DNA from: an uncultured Anaerolineaceae bacterium
GTDB lineage: Bacteria; Chloroflexota; Anaerolineae; Anaerolineales; UBA4823
NCBI GenBank assembly: GCA_964385625.1
Contig: CAYLPS010000001.1
Span: 27,287 to 91,286 of the forward strand
Length of the DNA: 64,000 nucleotides
Reading direction: 5' to 3'
Position 1 is the stretch's first letter, and the number at the start of each line of letters is the position of its first letter. The translations under genes were made by a program, and so were the position numbers. Positions 46,766 to 55,410 of this stretch are shown here, one piece after another. Under the pieces are notes generated by a model. That model worked only from the letters and a program-made list of their open reading frames with translations, was not told the origin of the DNA and made no database searches.

Positions 46766-47323
46766 TCATTGCTTCTCGTTAAGTGCTTCTCTGAGCGCTG
46801 CCAATGCCCGGTGCTGCAATACACGGATGGCGCCCACTGAGCGCTTCATTACCCGCGCCGTTTCTTCGGGGCTTAGCTCGCTGATGAAGCGCAGCGTGAG
46901 CACGGATTGGTAGTCGGGCCGTAATTTGGATAATACAGCGAGTATTTTTTGGTGCTCCAGCAGTTTTCCGACCGTTTCCACCGGTTCAGGCGTGCCATCT
47001 TCATGATAGCCATCCATCTCATCGGGCGCCTGCTGCTCCAGGCGATTGTTCTGGCGGTAATGGTCCACCAGCGTGTTGTGCGCGATGCGGAACAGGAAGG
47101 CCAGGAAAGGTACGCCGCGCTCCATGTATTTTGGTAAGGATTGCCAGGCTTTCAGGAACACTTCTCCGGTGAGGTCTTCTGCGTCCATACAATTTTCCAG
47201 CTGGGCAAATAAATAGCGGAAGATTGCCGGTGCATGAATCACGTATAGATCACCGAAGGCATGTTGGTCACCTCGTTGTGCTCGCCTGATGAGCTCGCGA
47301 TCTTGGTCTTGGCTGCCTGGCAT
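46766..47323 (-). CDS. ECF-type RNA polymerase sigma factor
   Basis: Region 2 reads DAEDLTGEVFLKAWQSL and FLFRIAHNTLVDHYRQ. Region 4 reads SPEETARVMKRSVGAIRVLQHRALAALRE. Confidence 0.85.
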   Translation of the reverse strand: MPGSQDQDRELIRRAQRGDQHAFGDLYVIHAPAIFRYLFAQLENCMDAEDLTGEVFLKAWQSLPKYMERGVPFLAFLFRIAHNTLVDHYRQNNRLEQQAPDEMDGYHEDGTPEPVETVGKLLEHQKILAVLSKLRPDYQSVLTLRFISELSPEETARVMKRSVGAIRVLQHRALAALREALNEKQ

Positions 47324-47338
47324 GCATTCACCTTATAA

Positions 47339-47363
47339 AACGTAGAACCGCGTCATTTGTTAC
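47339..47363 (-). promoter_or_regulatory. ECF-type promoter candidate (GTAAC-N16-CGTT), putative autoregulation
   Basis: The minus strand reads cgcGTAACaaatgacgcggttctaCGTTttataaggtgaatgcATG. The -10 ends 15 nt before the start codon, which implies a very short leader. Confidence 0.45.
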
Positions 47364-47419
47364 GCGGGTTGCAATAATGAAACCAGTAGAAGAGGGAGTG
47401 CCCTCATCCTGTGATTGGG

Positions 47420-48016
47420 TTATGGTTCAGGAGAGGCGACGGCGATATTTTGGTGCAGGAAGGCCCAATGTTGCGGGGGTAAATAGATCAGTTCGGCTCT
47501 GCCGATGATATTTTCAAAGGGCACAAAACCCCAGGCGCGTGAATCGCGCGAGTTATTTCGGTTATCGCCCATCACGAACAGTTGCCTGTCGGGTACGGTC
47601 CAATCACCTCCCCGGTTGGTGCTCACTTTCAGGTAGGGCTCGTCAATCAGTTGCCCATTAATGTACACCTTGCCGTTGGCGATGTGTACCTGGTCGCCGG
47701 ATAAGCCGACGATTCTCTTGATGTATGGGATGGATTCGGGGTCGGGTGGGTATTTGAACACGATCACGTCCCCCCGATGGGGGGAATTATTGAAGCGGTA
47801 AGCCAGCTTGTTGACGATGACCATATCCCCTGCAAAAAGGGTGGGCTGCATGCTGACAGACTCAACCCGGATGCGCTCAGAAACTGCGTTGATTGCCAGG
47901 AACAGGGCTAACGATAATAGGATGGTCTCGAACGTGTCCAGGAGCGTGCGCCGTACACCGGCTTTCTTCTCATCTGGCAGGGCATCGGGAATCGATTCGG
48001 CGTGCCAAAAATCCAC
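47420..48016 (-). CDS. lepB: Signal peptidase I
   Basis: Motifs SVSMQPTL (catalytic Ser), RGDVIVFKYP, YIKRIVGLSGD (catalytic Lys) and GDNRNNSRDSR. Confidence 0.85.
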   Translation of the reverse strand: MDFWHAESIPDALPDEKKAGVRRTLLDTFETILLSLALFLAINAVSERIRVESVSMQPTLFAGDMVIVNKLAYRFNNSPHRGDVIVFKYPPDPESIPYIKRIVGLSGDQVHIANGKVYINGQLIDEPYLKVSTNRGGDWTVPDRQLFVMGDNRNNSRDSRAWGFVPFENIIGRAELIYLPPQHWAFLHQNIAVASPEP

Positions 48017-48066
48017 TCAAACCTCCAGGCTGTATCTAAGGCAGATAATTTGAGATTATACCCCAA

Positions 48067-48573
48067 TCACGATTTGCGGTGCCCGGCTTCTGCCGACGGC
48101 TCATCACGCAGCAGCTGCACGGCGTGGGGCACGACGGGCAGCAGAACGGCAAGGTTTTCCACAGCTGCCGAAGGGCTTCCAGGCAGGTTTACGATCAGGG
48201 TGTGGGCGCGGATGCCGGCAATGGCGCGCGACAGCATGGCGTGAGGGGTGATGCGCAGGCTGGCAGTGCGCATGGCTTCAGCCAGCCCTGGGGCTGGGCG
48301 CTGGATAACTGCTTGTGTGGCCTCGGGTGTGACATCGTGCGGGCCGAAGCCTGTGCCGCCAGTGGTCAGGATGACATCTGTCTCGCCGGCGTCAACCCAG
48401 CTGGTCAGTACTTCTTGGATTTTCTCGACATCATCCGGGACGATGGCAGTGCGGGTCACCTCCCAGCCTTGCTCCGTAACTGCCTTGACCAATGCGGGGC
48501 CCGATAGATCCATCCGCTCACCGTGCCAAGATCGATCGGAGATGGTAACAATTCCAAAGCGTATGGGTGTCAT
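48067..48573 (-). CDS. mogA: MogA/MoaB-family molybdopterin adenylyltransferase
   Basis: Motifs ITISDR, DVILTTGGTGFGPHDVTPEA and LPGSPSAAVENL. Confidence 0.8.
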   Translation of the reverse strand: MTPIRFGIVTISDRSWHGERMDLSGPALVKAVTEQGWEVTRTAIVPDDVEKIQEVLTSWVDAGETDVILTTGGTGFGPHDVTPEATQAVIQRPAPGLAEAMRTASLRITPHAMLSRAIAGIRAHTLIVNLPGSPSAAVENLAVLLPVVPHAVQLLRDEPSAEAGHRKS

Positions 48574-48593
48574 TGTGCTAGATGTTCCTGGAT

Positions 48594-49043
48594 TTATGTG
48601 AGGTCTTTGCCATACACCAGCAGGTCCATCTGCTCCCAGCCGGTCGACTCATATAACTGGATAGCTTCAATATTGTCGCGGGTCACCAGCAGGTAAGAGC
48701 GCAGGCAACCTTTTTGTGCCATGCGTTTTTCCAGCTCATTCATCAGCAATTTGCCGATGCCTTTCTGTCGGTTGCTGTGAGCAACAGCCAGGTGGTAGAC
48801 CATGCCCCTGCGGCCATCGAAACCGCCCATCACTGTGCCAATGATAGACCCATCCATTTCAGCCACCAGGAATAGATCTGGGTCGTGTTCGACCTTTTTT
48901 TGAATTTCTTCGCTTTCATCCGACTTGCGCAATTGAATCCCCGGCCCGGCATGCTTCCACAACTCCAGCACCTGGGGATAGTCGCTGGGAAACTGGAATT
49001 CACGTATCTTCAGGTTGTTGGGTAGGGGCGGCTTATTCATCAT
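48594..49043 (-). CDS. GNAT-family N-acetyltransferase
   Basis: Acetyl-CoA motif HSNRQKGIGKLLM. The start ATGATGAATAAG overlaps the stop of the upstream PHP-domain gene, indicating translational coupling. Confidence 0.7.
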   Translation of the reverse strand: MMNKPPLPNNLKIREFQFPSDYPQVLELWKHAGPGIQLRKSDESEEIQKKVEHDPDLFLVAEMDGSIIGTVMGGFDGRRGMVYHLAVAHSNRQKGIGKLLMNELEKRMAQKGCLRSYLLVTRDNIEAIQLYESTGWEQMDLLVYGKDLT

Positions 49044-50787
49044 CGCTGCCGACCAGTGCCTTCCAGCGTCCATGGATGCCATCCTCGGTCACCCCAAAAT
49101 ACAGGCGATAGCCCCTTGGAGTGCGCTCCACCAGGTTATAACGCACATTTTTACCCTGGCGCTGCACGCCCAACAAGCCCACTTTACCCTGCCACTGGAC
49201 TTTTACCTTTGAAAGGTCACTGGGGAGCTGGTCGAACTCGGTAATGGCATAGTGCCACAGGCGCCGTGCCGATACGCGCGTCACATTCTTCACTTCATTC
49301 CCATTGCGCAGGTCGCGCATGGTGTAGTATGAAATGCCTTCCCGCTCGTCGACCTTGACGATTTCCACCCCCGTTCGTGGTGGTGAATCGCTGTCGCGCT
49401 CAGGGAGGATGGAGCCCTGGGTAGGCTGCTCGATAACAGCCTGTTTTTCTGCCTCAGCCATCTCGTCTGCTTTTGCCTGGACCCGCTGGTTGCGCATCAC
49501 CAGGCTGACGATCTCGTCTCTGACTGCCAGGCCGGTTTCTGCTTCATCGCGCACGTATACTTTATTATCATCCACTGCATACGGAGGGTCGCCTCCGCGT
49601 GGGATCAGGATGCGCAGTATTTTCTTGCCGTTGGTGTCGTGCACGTCAATGGTGCACTGCAGCGGCGGCGTGATGCGCGTGCTGATTTCCTTGTCCAGCT
49701 GTGAAATTGCCTGCTCAGGGTTGTCTATGCCGGTGACCGGTTTTTTGGGATCACTGTTCAGGCCCACGTAGAGCGTGCCACCGTTAGCGTTGGCGAACGC
49801 ACATACATCGGCGATGATGTTGTATAGCTTACCTCCCCGTACGGTCATGTTTTCATGGAAGTCCTGGATGATGTTGGCACCTTCCTCGCGGGCTGCATGG
49901 ATGAAGTCATAAGCGGGTTGTTCTTTGTGCGTGCGCGGGCGGCTGCGGGCAAAATCATTGCTTGAAAACAGCTCGTGCAACGCTTCGAAAGACACTTCGG
50001 GCAGCAGGACCTCGGTGACCCGGTCACCGATGCCCATGCTCTTCTTGTGTTGTGGGTCGGCGGTCAGTCGGTGTGAATCGGAACCCTGGATGCAGTGCAT
50101 CCTGCGTGGGTATTCCGGTTTAATCCCGCTGAAGAAAGCCGCAGTCGTTCGCGAGCCGCGCTGCTCAAGGTCTGTCACTTCCAATGCGTGCAAATGCGGG
50201 TCCTGGGTATAAGCAATTTTCGTTTGCCCTCCAATCGGAAAACCACGCATCGCCACGCCGTTGCTCGAGTTAGCATGGGCTGCGATAACCAGGCCACCCG
50301 CCTCGTCGATCTTGCGGTAGACGGTAAGCACATCGGTGGTAGCGCCCACCGTAGCCGATCCCAGGTCAAGCTGGTCGGTGGGGATGTTCAGGTCGATTAG
50401 TAAATGCTCAATTTCCCGCACCGGGGTCTCTGGAGGGAAGAGCCCGATAATGTGAAAGCCGAAGGTAGCGGTAAATTCAAAACCTGGCAGGATTAACAAC
50501 TTGTCAAATAGTCGTCGGTATTCTCGCAGGCGAATTTGCTCTTCGGGCAGGATGCGGTTCAGCCTCTCTAATAGCTCGAGCTGGTTGACTTCATCCAGCA
50601 TTTTACGGTAGCCCGCGATGGTATTGTGATCGGTAAATGCAATGATATCCAACCCGCGCGCTTCGGCACGCTGCAGGACATCTATGTATTTCACATCCGG
50701 CTGTTGAAAGTCACTCGATGCAGGCGTGTGGATGTGCAGGTCAATGGAATACCATTGCATTTGGGTATGGGATTTTTTTCTAGTCAC
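49033..50787 (-). CDS. PHP-domain phosphoesterase fused to an AlbA_2/Schlafen-like putative nucleic-acid-binding domain and a C-terminal domain of unknown function
   Basis: The N-terminal PHP domain has [26 protein letters not shown] and [11 protein letters not shown]. The middle region has an AlbA_2-like core ([17 protein letters not shown] ... ILRILIPRG). The C-terminal ~110 aa are basic and beta-rich. Confidence 0.55.
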   Translation of the reverse strand: MTRKKSHTQMQWYSIDLHIHTPASSDFQQPDVKYIDVLQRAEARGLDIIAFTDHNTIAGYRKMLDEVNQLELLERLNRILPEEQIRLREYRRLFDKLLILPGFEFTATFGFHIIGLFPPETPVREIEHLLIDLNIPTDQLDLGSATVGATTDVLTVYRKIDEAGGLVIAAHANSSNGVAMRGFPIGGQTKIAYTQDPHLHALEVTDLEQRGSRTTAAFFSGIKPEYPRRMHCIQGSDSHRLTADPQHKKSMGIGDRVTEVLLPEVSFEALHELFSSNDFARSRPRTHKEQPAYDFIHAAREEGANIIQDFHENMTVRGGKLYNIIADVCAFANANGGTLYVGLNSDPKKPVTGIDNPEQAISQLDKEISTRITPPLQCTIDVHDTNGKKILRILIPRGGDPPYAVDDNKVYVRDEAETGLAVRDEIVSLVMRNQRVQAKADEMAEAEKQAVIEQPTQGSILPERDSDSPPRTGVEIVKVDEREGISYYTMRDLRNGNEVKNVTRVSARRLWHYAITEFDQLPSDLSKVKVQWQGKVGLLGVQRQGKNVRYNLVERTPRGYRLYFGVTEDGIHGRWKALVGSDDE

Positions 50788-50809
50788 TCTATTCTTGTTT
50801 TTCTCTTTT

Positions 50810-51184
50810 TTATTGAATTAGTTTTTTCTGATAAAGCTTGTGAATCTGTTTGATTAACTCATCAGGCATATAAGGTTTCATGATAAAATCATCCGCCCCA
50901 GCTTGAGTGCATTCTTTTTTCAGGTTTGAGCCCGATGACATTAAAACACAAATATCTTTGATTTCAGGAGCCATGCGGATAGCACGTACCAGATCCAGGC
51001 CATTAACAACATTCAGGTTTACATCCACCAGGGCTAAATCTGGGCGTTCATTCAGGATTTCCTGGATTAAATCTTCTTTATTGTGGGTTTCCGGCACCCT
51101 GACTAAAAAACCTTCTAAATTAAGCAATGTCGTTAATAAAGACCGCATTTTTTGGTCATCTTCAACGACCATTACTTTTACCAT
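50810..51184 (-). CDS. Single-domain response regulator (CheY-like receiver)
   Basis: [10 protein letters not shown], phospho-acceptor region [10 protein letters not shown], and FIMKPY with the conserved Lys. The start overlaps the 3' end of lon by 23 nt. Confidence 0.8.
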   Translation of the reverse strand: MVKVMVVEDDQKMRSLLTTLLNLEGFLVRVPETHNKEDLIQEILNERPDLALVDVNLNVVNGLDLVRAIRMAPEIKDICVLMSSGSNLKKECTQAGADDFIMKPYMPDELIKQIHKLYQKKLIQ

Positions 51185-53798
51185 TTTTAACCCCAGCATT
51201 TTCCTTCTTTCCATTTGAATTTTTGGTTTTTTGGGTTGTCTTCCGGCGCGCCTTGGGCTCTAATGCGGCCTTTAATACCTCATCCACGGTTTCAACGAAG
51301 ATGAACTTCATCGAATCACGTACTTCATCCGGCAGATCCTCCAGATCGCTTTCATTCCGCTTGGGCAAGATCACGGTTTTTAAACCGGCACGGTGCGCAG
51401 CTAACACTTTTTCTTTGATCCCTCCCACGGGTAATACCTGGCCTCTCAGGGTGATTTCACCGGTCATGCCAACATCTGCCTTCACCGGCCTGCCTGAGAT
51501 GAGCGAAACCAGGGCGGTGGCCATGGTAACACCCGCTGATGGGCCGTCCTTAGGTTGCGCGCCTGCCGGTATGTGCAGGTGAATGTCCGATTTCTCGAAG
51601 AAAGACTGGTCGAGCTTAAGCGGCTCGGTTCGCGAGCGGACAAACGAGAGGGCTGCCTTGGCGGATTCCTGCATCACATTCCCCAGCGAGCCGGTAACTT
51701 GGAAACCTTTGCTGCCCGGCATACGCGTGGCTTCAATGAACAAGACATCACCACCCACCGGCGTGTAAGCCAACCCGGTAGCCACACCCGGGATGGAGGT
51801 GCGAATGGCAATCTCCTCATTACCATAATAATGTGGGTGGCCTAAAAACTCATCCACTTTTTCCGGCGTGATATTCACTGACTGGGTTTTATTCTCCGCA
51901 ATAATCGTCACTACCTTGCGGCAGATCGAGCCAATCTCGCGTTCCAGGTTACGCACGCCAGCTTCGCGAGTATAAGAGCGGATGACTGCCAGCAAAGCCT
52001 CATCTGAAAATTGGATCTCATCCGGATGCAGGCCATTTTCCTTCACCTGGCGGGGGATCAAGTATTGTTTGGCGATGGCACACTTCTCATTTTCGGTATA
52101 CCCTGAGAGGGTGATGACTTCCATCCGGTCTCGCAGGGGATCTGGGATGGGTTCGAGCAGGTTTCCAGTGGTGATGAACATTACCTGCGACAGGTCAAAG
52201 GCTACCTCGAGGTAGTGGTCGCGGAATTCTGAGTTCTGCTCGGGATCCAGCACTTCCAGCAGTGCGGAGGCTGGGTCGCCGTGAAAGTCTACCCCCAGCT
52301 TATCGATCTCATCCAGCATGAACACCGGGTTGCGCGTCTCTATGCGCCGGATAGCCTGCAAGATACGGCCAGGCATGGCGCCAATATACGTACGCCGGTG
52401 GCCGCGGATCTCAGCTTCATCGCGCATGCCGCCCAGGGAGATGCGAATGAATTTGCGCCCCATGGCATGGGCAATTGAGCGGCCTAGTGAGGTTTTCCCC
52501 ACTCCGGGTGGTCCAACGAAGCACAGGATGACTCCTTCACGCAGGCGGCGGATATCATCCTTATCTTCCGATGAGAATTCCACATTCCGCTCATGGCGTA
52601 GCTTTCTTACCGCCAGGTATTCCAGGATGCGCTCTTTGATATCCTCCAGGCCGTAATGATCCTGGTCGAGCACTTCCCGGGCATGGGCAATGTCAAGGTT
52701 ATCATCGGTGGTCACCGACCAGGGAAGTGAGACCATCCAGTCCAGGTACGTGCGGATGACGCCATACTCTGCCGCAGCCGTGGGTAAATGAGACAGGCGG
52801 TCGAGCTCATGGCGAGCTTGCTTGTCAGCCTCCTCGGGCATCTTGGCAGCCTCTATTTTCTTGCGCAGATCTTCCACTTCTGCGGTCTGCTCATCCCCTT
52901 CGCCGAGCTCCCGTTGGATGGCTTTCAGTTGCTCGCGCAAGAAGTAATCACGCTGCATCTTTTCGATCTCTGAACGGGCTTCGTTTTGGATCTTCTGGCC
53001 GATTTCCAGTACCTCAATCTCGCGGGTGAGGATACCCACCAGTTTATGAAGCTTTTCCTTGACCGAATCTAATTCCAGGAGGGATTGGGCAGCTAATAAG
53101 TCCATGCGCTGGAAGTTGGCGATGGTATACACCGTCTGCAGCGGGTCTTCGATGGCCTGTACCGATGCCACCAACTCGCGCGGGATGGAAGTAATCAGCT
53201 CGCCAATGTGGGCGAACTGGTCGCGAGCGTTACGCGCCAGCGCTTCAACTTCCACACCCTCCTCCTCAGTCTCGGGGATGAGCTGGATATGCGCTTTCAA
53301 ATAGGGCTCGCGCTGAGTGAATTCGGCCAGTTTGAACCGCGCCGTTCCCTGCACCAGCAATCGAATGGTGCCATCTGGTGCCCGGAATAAACGGTGGATC
53401 ATGGCTACGGTGCCAATCTCGTACAGATCCTTCGGCCCGGGAATCTCCAGCTCTGGATCGCGGGAAGTCACCAGGCCAATCAGCCGGTCATCACCCGACA
53501 CCACGTCATCTACCAGGCGAATGGAGCGCGGCTGACCGATTGTGAGAGGCACAGCCGTCTCGGGATAAACCACCAGCCCCCGTAAAGGCAGGATCGGGAG
53601 CTCATCGGGAATCTTGGCCTGCGCCTGTTGTTCATCTTCCAATCCCTCTTTGCCGGGCAATGCTTGCTCGGTAAGTATGGTCTGCTCTTGGTTTTCTCCT
53701 TTCAGTAGCATTTCTTTTAGCTCCAGGTCTTCATCTGGCCAGCCATGGTCCTCCAACCAGCGCATCAGGTTAAGCGTGTTCCAACGTGTAGCAGACAT
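51162..53798 (-). CDS. lon: ATP-dependent Lon protease (LonA)
   Basis: LON N-domain [13 protein letters not shown], Walker [10 protein letters not shown], Walker [10 protein letters not shown], protease Ser [15 protein letters not shown] and Lys [14 protein letters not shown]. It has a ~65-aa acidic N-terminal extension and a Lys-rich C-terminal tail. Confidence 0.95.
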   Translation of the reverse strand: MSATRWNTLNLMRWLEDHGWPDEDLELKEMLLKGENQEQTILTEQALPGKEGLEDEQQAQAKIPDELPILPLRGLVVYPETAVPLTIGQPRSIRLVDDVVSGDDRLIGLVTSRDPELEIPGPKDLYEIGTVAMIHRLFRAPDGTIRLLVQGTARFKLAEFTQREPYLKAHIQLIPETEEEGVEVEALARNARDQFAHIGELITSIPRELVASVQAIEDPLQTVYTIANFQRMDLLAAQSLLELDSVKEKLHKLVGILTREIEVLEIGQKIQNEARSEIEKMQRDYFLREQLKAIQRELGEGDEQTAEVEDLRKKIEAAKMPEEADKQARHELDRLSHLPTAAAEYGVIRTYLDWMVSLPWSVTTDDNLDIAHAREVLDQDHYGLEDIKERILEYLAVRKLRHERNVEFSSEDKDDIRRLREGVILCFVGPPGVGKTSLGRSIAHAMGRKFIRISLGGMRDEAEIRGHRRTYIGAMPGRILQAIRRIETRNPVFMLDEIDKLGVDFHGDPASALLEVLDPEQNSEFRDHYLEVAFDLSQVMFITTGNLLEPIPDPLRDRMEVITLSGYTENEKCAIAKQYLIPRQVKENGLHPDEIQFSDEALLAVIRSYTREAGVRNLEREIGSICRKVVTIIAENKTQSVNITPEKVDEFLGHPHYYGNEEIAIRTSIPGVATGLAYTPVGGDVLFIEATRMPGSKGFQVTGSLGNVMQESAKAALSFVRSRTEPLKLDQSFFEKSDIHLHIPAGAQPKDGPSAGVTMATALVSLISGRPVKADVGMTGEITLRGQVLPVGGIKEKVLAAHRAGLKTVILPKRNESDLEDLPDEVRDSMKFIFVETVDEVLKAALEPKARRKTTQKTKNSNGKKENAGVKNGKSNGR

Positions 53799-53806
53799 AG
53801 ATCAGA

Positions 53807-54241
53807 TCATTCACCTTCCACTTTGATATGCCTGGACTGAGCCTTGGGCAGCGTAATGCGTAAAAATCCATCATGGTAAGTAGCCTGAACTTTATCCGAG
53901 ACAATCTCGTAAGGCAATTCTATCTCGGTTGTGAATTCACCGTATGCGATCTCCATCTGGTGGTAGGCGCGCCGCTCGGATGTATCCTGCCTGACCCCCC
54001 GGATTGTGAGGTTGCGTTTGACCAGTGAAATTGTAAAGTCTGCCTCTCGCATCCCTGCAACCTCCACGCGAACGACGATGGCTTCATCGGTTTCATACAC
54101 GTCTGTCGGCGGGCGCCAGGCATGTGGGCGCGAGATGATCCGCCAGCGATAAGTATCGGTGACCGGATTTTGAAGGTCTTCGGAGATATGCCATATACGG
54201 CGCATTGAATCTGACGAGACAGAAATATTTTCCATGTTCAT
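53807..54241 (-). CDS. Hsp20/alpha-crystallin-family small heat-shock protein
   Basis: Alpha-crystallin domain with PPTDVYETDEAIVVRVEVAGM, GEFTTEIELP and ATYHDGFLRITLPK. Confidence 0.85.
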   Translation of the reverse strand: MNMENISVSSDSMRRIWHISEDLQNPVTDTYRWRIISRPHAWRPPTDVYETDEAIVVRVEVAGMREADFTISLVKRNLTIRGVRQDTSERRAYHQMEIAYGEFTTEIELPYEIVSDKVQATYHDGFLRITLPKAQSRHIKVEGE

Positions 54242-54269
54242 TACTCCTGGGTTCCTAAACCATCATGGC

Positions 54270-54797
54270 TTATGCTTTTAAGGCTTGCCTGGCAGCTTCC
54301 AATACCTCAGGGTAGTTTGGCTCTTGTGCGAGCACCGGCATGTAAGCTGAATAGGTAACCACTCCATCTGTGTTAACCACAAACACCGCTCTACGAAAAA
54401 CGCGCGGCTCCTTCAATAAAACACCGTACTTTTGTCCAAAGTCCATGTTGATGTGGTCAGATAAGGTAATCACACGGTCAACACCCGTCGCTGCGCACCA
54501 ATTTTTTAGCGTGAACGGCAGGTCCATGCTGATGGTCATGATCGTAATACGTTCGTCTAGCGCGGCTGCTTCCTGGTTAAAGCGGCGCGTCTCAGGGTCG
54601 CACACCGATGTGCTCAGGGAAAGCAGCGAGCCGATAATGCGCACTTTGCCCTGTGTATCCCTCAAACCGTTAAATATGGCCCCATCCTGGGTGAGCACGC
54701 TGAACTCAGGCGCTTTTTGCCCTTCGATGATATCAGGTCCGATGACAGTAACATCTTTCCCACCATACTTAAAAATACCAATTCTTTCGTTTGTCAT
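54270..54797 (-). CDS. tpx: Thiol peroxidase (atypical 2-Cys peroxiredoxin, Tpx)
   Basis: APEF..., peroxidatic Cys region SLSTSVCDPETRRFN and resolving Cys region LKNWCAATG. Confidence 0.85.
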   Translation of the reverse strand: MTNERIGIFKYGGKDVTVIGPDIIEGQKAPEFSVLTQDGAIFNGLRDTQGKVRIIGSLLSLSTSVCDPETRRFNQEAAALDERITIMTISMDLPFTLKNWCAATGVDRVITLSDHINMDFGQKYGVLLKEPRVFRRAVFVVNTDGVVTYSAYMPVLAQEPNYPEVLEAARQALKA

Positions 54798-54882
54798 TCG
54801 TAACTCCCATTTTTTCCTTTAGATGCATTAGTTAGGCACTTGTTACCAGGCGGTACACTGGCATTTTTGTCATCTAATTTTG

Positions 54883-54955
54883 CGCCCCTGGCGGGATTCG
54901 AACCCACAACCAACAGCTTAGAAGGCTGCTGCTCTATCCATTGAGCTACAGGGGC
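54883..54955 (-). tRNA. tRNA-Arg (anticodon TCT), no encoded CCA
   Basis: The reverse complement is GCCCCTG-TA-GCTC-AATGGATA-GAGC-A-GCAGC-CTTCTAA-GCTGT-TGGTT-GTGGG-TTCGAAT-CCCGC-CAGGGGC-G, a standard 73-nt cloverleaf. Confidence 0.9.
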
Positions 54956-54963
54956 AGGCTTGC

Positions 54964-55410
54964 TTACCCCTCCAATATAGGACGTAGTCCTCGATAAATC
55001 CGGTCACCGGTTAGTACCCGTAAGATTAAATCGGGTGGGCGTCCAGAAATCTGTGCCAGCTCCAGTGGTGTCATTGGTACGTTGCCATTAGCCAGAAAAA
55101 TCCGGAAGATCGCATCCACCAGGGTGGTGTGGGGAGAGATAAAACCATCCAATTTGGCGCAGTGGGTGATGAGAACATGCTGTATTCCATCCACCTGTTG
55201 GACCTCTGCTGTGACAGGATCTACAAAATCGACCAGATGGTCTCCCGGCAGCTCTGCAAATGCCTGCTGGTGTTCGGGGCAGAGCAGGTCAAGTAAAAAT
55301 ACCCTCCAATTGCGATCATTATTCTGCCACCACTGAAAATCGATGTGAAAATGTGTTTGGACAGTTGGCCTGGTACGCGTGGCGCGTTTCACATCAGGTA
55401 GGGGCGCCAT
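54964..55410 (-). CDS. Hypothetical protein (148 aa)
   Basis: Its ATG directly abuts the stop of the upstream 528-aa gene (TAGATG). I recognised no motif. Confidence 0.55.
   Translation of the reverse strand: MAPLPDVKRATRTRPTVQTHFHIDFQWWQNNDRNWRVFLLDLLCPEHQQAFAELPGDHLVDFVDPVTAEVQQVDGIQHVLITHCAKLDGFISPHTTLVDAIFRIFLANGNVPMTPLELAQISGRPPDLILRVLTGDRIYRGLRPILEG

Noticed and set aside
42004-47400. A genomic island integrated at tRNA-Ser carrying the Tad-like cluster.
   Set aside because: I saw no integrase, recombinase, transposase or direct repeat of the tRNA 3' end. The sigma/anti-sigma genes have normal composition. Only the compositional oddity is reported, as a low-interest finding.
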